A DNA stretch of 64,000 bases from Polyangiaceae bacterium (GTDB taxonomy: Bacteria; Myxococcota_A; Polyangia; Polyangiales; Polyangiaceae). The stretch's first letter is position 1; the number at the start of each line of letters is the position of its first letter. The stretch is from contig JBGANF010000002.1 of assembly GCA_044222475.1 (NCBI GenBank), forward strand, positions 64,001 through 128,000, given 5' to 3'. Of the stretch, positions 60,608-64,000 are shown piece after piece. A program made the translations under genes and the position numbers. The notes beneath the pieces are model-generated. The model had not been told where the DNA came from. It made no database searches and worked only from the letters and a program-made list of their open reading frames with translations.

Positions 60608-61525
60608 TCACGCGGAAGTTGAGGCCTCGAATCGAGGGTGCATCCAGGGCCAGAGCTCGGGTGCGCTGGCGATCCGGCGGGCGAGCTCGGCGTTGATCCG
60701 CGCCGTCTGCGCCGCGGCGTCGTCACCGTCGTGGAGCTCGATGCGCGTGCACGTGAGCGCGAGCGTCCCGTCGACTCGCTCGGTCGACGCGACGACGATC
60801 GGTGCGCCGCTGCGGAGCGCGATGCGCGCTGGTCCGACCGCGGTCGGCGCGGGGACTCCGAAGAACGGCACGTCGACGGAGGGAACGCGCGATCGGAGGT
60901 CCATCGGGGCGCCGAGCACTCCGCCCGCTCGCAGCGTGCGCAGGATCTTGGCGGCGGCGCCGGGCGTGCCGCGGGGGATGGTCGCGACGCCGGCGCGGGC
61001 GCGGATCCGCGCGGTCCACGCGTCGAAGCGTCGGTCGTAGCTCTCGCGCACGAGCGTCGTCAGCGGGAAGCCGGCGTCGACCAACGTGGACGCCACGCGC
61101 TCCCACGGGCCCAGGTGCGCCGACGGCAGAACGACGCCGCGCCCGAGGGCGAGCGCCTCGCGCAGCACCTCTCGGTCGCGCTCGGCGAAGGGGAGGGATG
61201 CCGGCGCACGCCAAAGTGCGCTCACGGTCTCGCCGACGATGCCGCCCATCTCGACGAAGGTGCGCGCCACGAGGGACTCGCGCTCTTCGCGCGACAGCGC
61301 GGGGAGGGCCCGCGCCACGTTCGCGAGCGCTCGCCCGCGCTCGCCGCGGAGGACGAGGTGCAGAACGCGCCCGAGGCCGCGCCCGGCGCCGCGGAGCAGC
61401 GAGGGCGGCACGAGCCGCGTCCCGTGCAGCGCCAGCGCTGCGACGACGAAGATCGCGTCGTTCTTGATCCGCTGGCCGAGGCTCCAGCGCCCGCCCTCGC
61501 GCACGTCCGCGACGACGGCGTTCAT
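60608..61525 (-). CDS. LpxL/HtrB-like (lipid A / phospholipid) acyltransferase
   Basis: SAHLGPWE, VPFFG, PELWPWMHPRF. Start ATG 61525. Confidence 0.85.
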   Translation of the reverse strand: MNAVVADVREGGRWSLGQRIKNDAIFVVAALALHGTRLVPPSLLRGAGRGLGRVLHLVLRGERGRALANVARALPALSREERESLVARTFVEMGGIVGETVSALWRAPASLPFAERDREVLREALALGRGVVLPSAHLGPWERVASTLVDAGFPLTTLVRESYDRRFDAWTARIRARAGVATIPRGTPGAAAKILRTLRAGGVLGAPMDLRSRVPSVDVPFFGVPAPTAVGPARIALRSGAPIVVASTERVDGTLALTCTRIELHDGDDAAAQTARINAELARRIASAPELWPWMHPRFEASTSA

Positions 61526-62103
61526 GGCGTCGGGATGGGGGCGCCGGGGATCACGCTCGGCCCGTTGGGGCAGGAACCGCAGCTCTTCTTGACCTTCTCT
61601 CGCGCGGCGTCGACGCGGGCCTTCGCGCGGCTGCACTCGTCGGGGGCGCCGAGATCGCACAGCGTCTTCGCGGCGCGCTCCATCGACGCGAGCGCCTTGC
61701 ACGCGGTCGTGCACTCCTTCAGCGAAGCTTGGATCTGGTTCTCGGAGTCGCCGAGCGTGGCGAGCGCCCAGCTGCGGCGCGCATCGACGGCGCCGCCGTT
61801 CTGTGGAGCCACCGGCGGCGGGGGCGCGTTGCCGGGCGAGTACGTTTGCGGCGTGGGGGCTTGACCGTTGGTCGGGCGGGCCGTCGTCGGGTCACCGTCG
61901 TTCGGCGCCATCGGCGGCGGAGCGGCTGACGCCGTCGCGGTCGTCTTCGCCATCGCGGGAGGCGGCGCGTCGTCGGAGTCGGCGTTCGGCCTGTTCCCCG
62001 AGTAGTCGCTCGCGCTCGCTGGTGCCTTCGCGGACGAGCCGCCGCCGCACGCCGCCGTGAGCGCCAACCCGACCGCGAGCACGACGAGCGATTCGCGCTT
62101 CAT
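61522..62103 (-). CDS. Hypothetical lipoprotein with Cys-containing helical C-terminal domain
   Basis: Lipobox TAAC; C..ACKALASMERA...LC...C...CGSC. Confidence 0.78.
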   Translation of the reverse strand: MKRESLVVLAVGLALTAACGGGSSAKAPASASDYSGNRPNADSDDAPPPAMAKTTATASAAPPPMAPNDGDPTTARPTNGQAPTPQTYSPGNAPPPPVAPQNGGAVDARRSWALATLGDSENQIQASLKECTTACKALASMERAAKTLCDLGAPDECSRAKARVDAAREKVKKSCGSCPNGPSVIPGAPIPTP

Positions 62104-62690
62104 TTCGCGCTCGCATCTCCGCCGTCGCCGAGCGACTTCCCGATGACGTGCTCTTGGATGTCCATCGCTTCCTTGAGGAGACTGACGGCGTGGGTGCGCG
62201 CGGTATTCGCTTCCGCCGTCTGTCCGGCGGCGGTCGCCTTCGCGGCCCGCTTCTGCTCGACGATGCCGTACATCGTGAGGAGCTGACCCCGGAAGTACGT
62301 CGCTTCTTTGGCGTGGGTGAGGCCTTCTTTGACGTCGCGTTCGGCGGCGTCGAGGTCGCCCTTGGTCGTGCGCAGGTCGGCGAGGCGCGCGTACGCGTCG
62401 GCGAGCGTCTCGTCGATCTCGGGGACGGCCTCGCCCGCGTGGGGGCGGGGAGCCTTCACGATCCGCTCGATCGCGGCGATCGCGCCGTCGATGTCGCCTT
62501 GCTCTTCGAGGATGTCGGCTTCGTGGTGCCCCGCCCGCGCCAGCGAGAGGAACGCGAGCAGGCCCGTGTCGACGACGGGAGCGACCTCACCGGTGGTCGA
62601 GGTCTTGGTCTCGCAACCGTTCAGCAGCGGTGCGCCGGCGAACGCGAAGACGATGGTGGCGAGCAGGGCGCCGAGGATCGATCGATTCAT
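62100..62690 (-). CDS. Hypothetical TPR-like lipoprotein
   Basis: Lipobox LNGC; ARAGHHEAD..E..GD, DAYARLA. ATGA overlaps on both sides. Confidence 0.78.
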   Translation of the reverse strand: MNRSILGALLATIVFAFAGAPLLNGCETKTSTTGEVAPVVDTGLLAFLSLARAGHHEADILEEQGDIDGAIAAIERIVKAPRPHAGEAVPEIDETLADAYARLADLRTTKGDLDAAERDVKEGLTHAKEATYFRGQLLTMYGIVEQKRAAKATAAGQTAEANTARTHAVSLLKEAMDIQEHVIGKSLGDGGDASAK

Positions 62691-63175
62691 CGAACGCCCC
62701 ACTGCGCGAAGCGGTTGTTGCGGTAGTCCGACGCTCGCGCTTCGGCGATTCGGTCGGCGCGAGCGCTTGCCTGCCCGCGCTCGAACGGTTGGTCGAAGAG
62801 CGGCTGGGTGGAGCGCGAGCGGGCGAGGGCTGCCGCGTCCTGCGCCGGCGGGCGACCGACGAGGAGGAGCACCGCCGCAGCCGCCGCGACGAGGGCCGCC
62901 GCGCCGAACGCGACGCGAATGACGACTCCGCTGCGCTCGCTTCGTCGGCGATCGAACCGCACGAGCGCGGCGTCGACGAGCTTCTTCTGCGCGTCGGGAT
63001 CGAGCTCGCGCGGCGTCTCCGCGAGGGAGAGCGCGCGGAGCAGCTCCGCGTCGTCGCTGGGCTTCGACGCGTCGTCGAGGGCGCCGCGGAGCGACTCTGC
63101 GGCCGCGAGCTCCTCCGCCGACGGAGGCGCGTCGGGATCGACGTCCGCACGCTTCGGATTTCGCGTGTCACTCAT
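62687..63175 (-). CDS. Putative anti-sigma factor (single TM)
   Basis: Directly downstream of and overlapping the ECF sigma gene; TM AFGAAALVAAAAAVLLLVG. Start ATG 63175. Confidence 0.65.
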   Translation of the reverse strand: MSDTRNPKRADVDPDAPPSAEELAAAESLRGALDDASKPSDDAELLRALSLAETPRELDPDAQKKLVDAALVRFDRRRSERSGVVIRVAFGAAALVAAAAAVLLLVGRPPAQDAAALARSRSTQPLFDQPFERGQASARADRIAEARASDYRNNRFAQWGVR

Positions 63176-63803
63176 CGGAGGCGTCCTCGGGGAGATCGGT
63201 GGCGAGCGCTTTGCGGAGCGCGGCCACTGCTCGGTGGAGTAGCACGTCGAAGGTCGCCGGTGTGACCTCCATGGTCTTCGCGACCTCTTCGCGCGGTCGC
63301 TCTTCGAGCACGCGCAGCCGCAGCGCCTTCGCGTAGCGCGGGTGGATTCGGCCGAGCGCGGCGTCGACGCGGGCGCGGGCGGCCTCGCGATCGCGTCGCT
63401 CGAGGAGGAGCTGATCGACCGGCGTCGCCGACGACTGCTCGTCGACCTCGCGCTCGACGTCGGCGGCCTCCCAGAGCACCGTGCGCTTGCGGGCGCGGAG
63501 CTGGTCGAGCGCGACGCGGAGGGCCATCGTGCGGAGCCAGGGGTAGATGCCGACGCCCTGCCACTCGAAGCGGTCGATGCGCTCGACGACCTTCTTGTAG
63601 ACCTCACCGAGCGCGTCTTGAGCTGCCGCCTCCGACCCGAGGCGGGGCAGGAGGACGTGGCGGTAGAGCGACGGACCGTGCTTCTTGAGCACCTGGCCCA
63701 TGGCGTCGCGATCGCCCCGTTGGGCGCGGTCGACGAGGGCCCGTTCGGCCTCGAGCTCGCGCGCCCGTGCTTCGTCCTCCCGGCCGGTCACGGCGCCGAC
63801 CAT
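63168..63803 (-). CDS. ECF RNA polymerase sigma factor
   Basis: LVDRAQRGDRDA, AQDAL, WLRTMA..VALDQLR, region 4 REEVAKTMEVTPATFDVLLHRA. Start uncertain. Confidence 0.9.
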   Translation of the reverse strand: MVGAVTGREDEARARELEAERALVDRAQRGDRDAMGQVLKKHGPSLYRHVLLPRLGSEAAAQDALGEVYKKVVERIDRFEWQGVGIYPWLRTMALRVALDQLRARKRTVLWEAADVEREVDEQSSATPVDQLLLERRDREAARARVDAALGRIHPRYAKALRLRVLEERPREEVAKTMEVTPATFDVLLHRAVAALRKALATDLPEDASDE

Positions 63804-64000
63804 AGCCGACCAAATCCGCGAGATGGGGACTGCTTGCGCGCTCACGAGGATGAAACGGGCGGGGTCTCCAGTCCTTACAGGAGGGGGCCGCCTCTTGACG
63901 CCGGCTGCGTCCTCCGCGACAAGACTGGGCGTGGACGCCGCCATCTTGCTAGCCCCTGGCGCGGACGCGAACGGGTTGGCGGTGATGTTGGCCGACCTTC

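Noticed and set aside
63944..64000. End of a further minus-strand gene at the window edge
   Set aside because: Too little sequence to fix a frame or product.

Overview
Very GC-rich (roughly 70% by eye), densely coding chromosomal window from a myxobacterium. The gene style (Cys-rich 'DAG/DGG' lipoproteins, Ser/Thr kinase + TPR/PEGA module, giant TPR protein) suggests Polyangiales; this is an inference. Housekeeping genes: nuoEF, ychF, coaBC, plsC, recR-ybaB-dnaX, etfBA, nadB, a 2-oxoacid dehydrogenase E1a/E1b/E2 operon lacking E3, mutY, two TolC genes, a dnaK paralogue with a J-domain partner, and an ECF sigma operon. Best leads: (1) a cobalamin riboswitch heading a stand-alone beta-propeller-like lipoprotein (BtuG-like candidate); (2) three tandem paralogous Cys-rich lipoproteins divergent from a TPR/PEGA - Ser/Thr kinase - PPC-repeat module, with the kinase apparently needing a CTG start; (3) an Hsp70 module flanked by two proteins sharing a 'GFVLSxxDG' winged-helix-like domain, followed by a TPR protein with a TFIIB-repeat-like tail; (4) a GGDEF protein with a terpene-cyclase-like N-terminus inserted between etfA and dnaX; (5) a frameshifted four-helix-bundle relic with a hexamer repeat array. 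There are also REP-like palindromes and repeated leaderless-type promoters. No CRISPR array, rRNA, tRNA or intact transposase was seen. All calls come from reading the sequence and motifs by eye; no searches were run.
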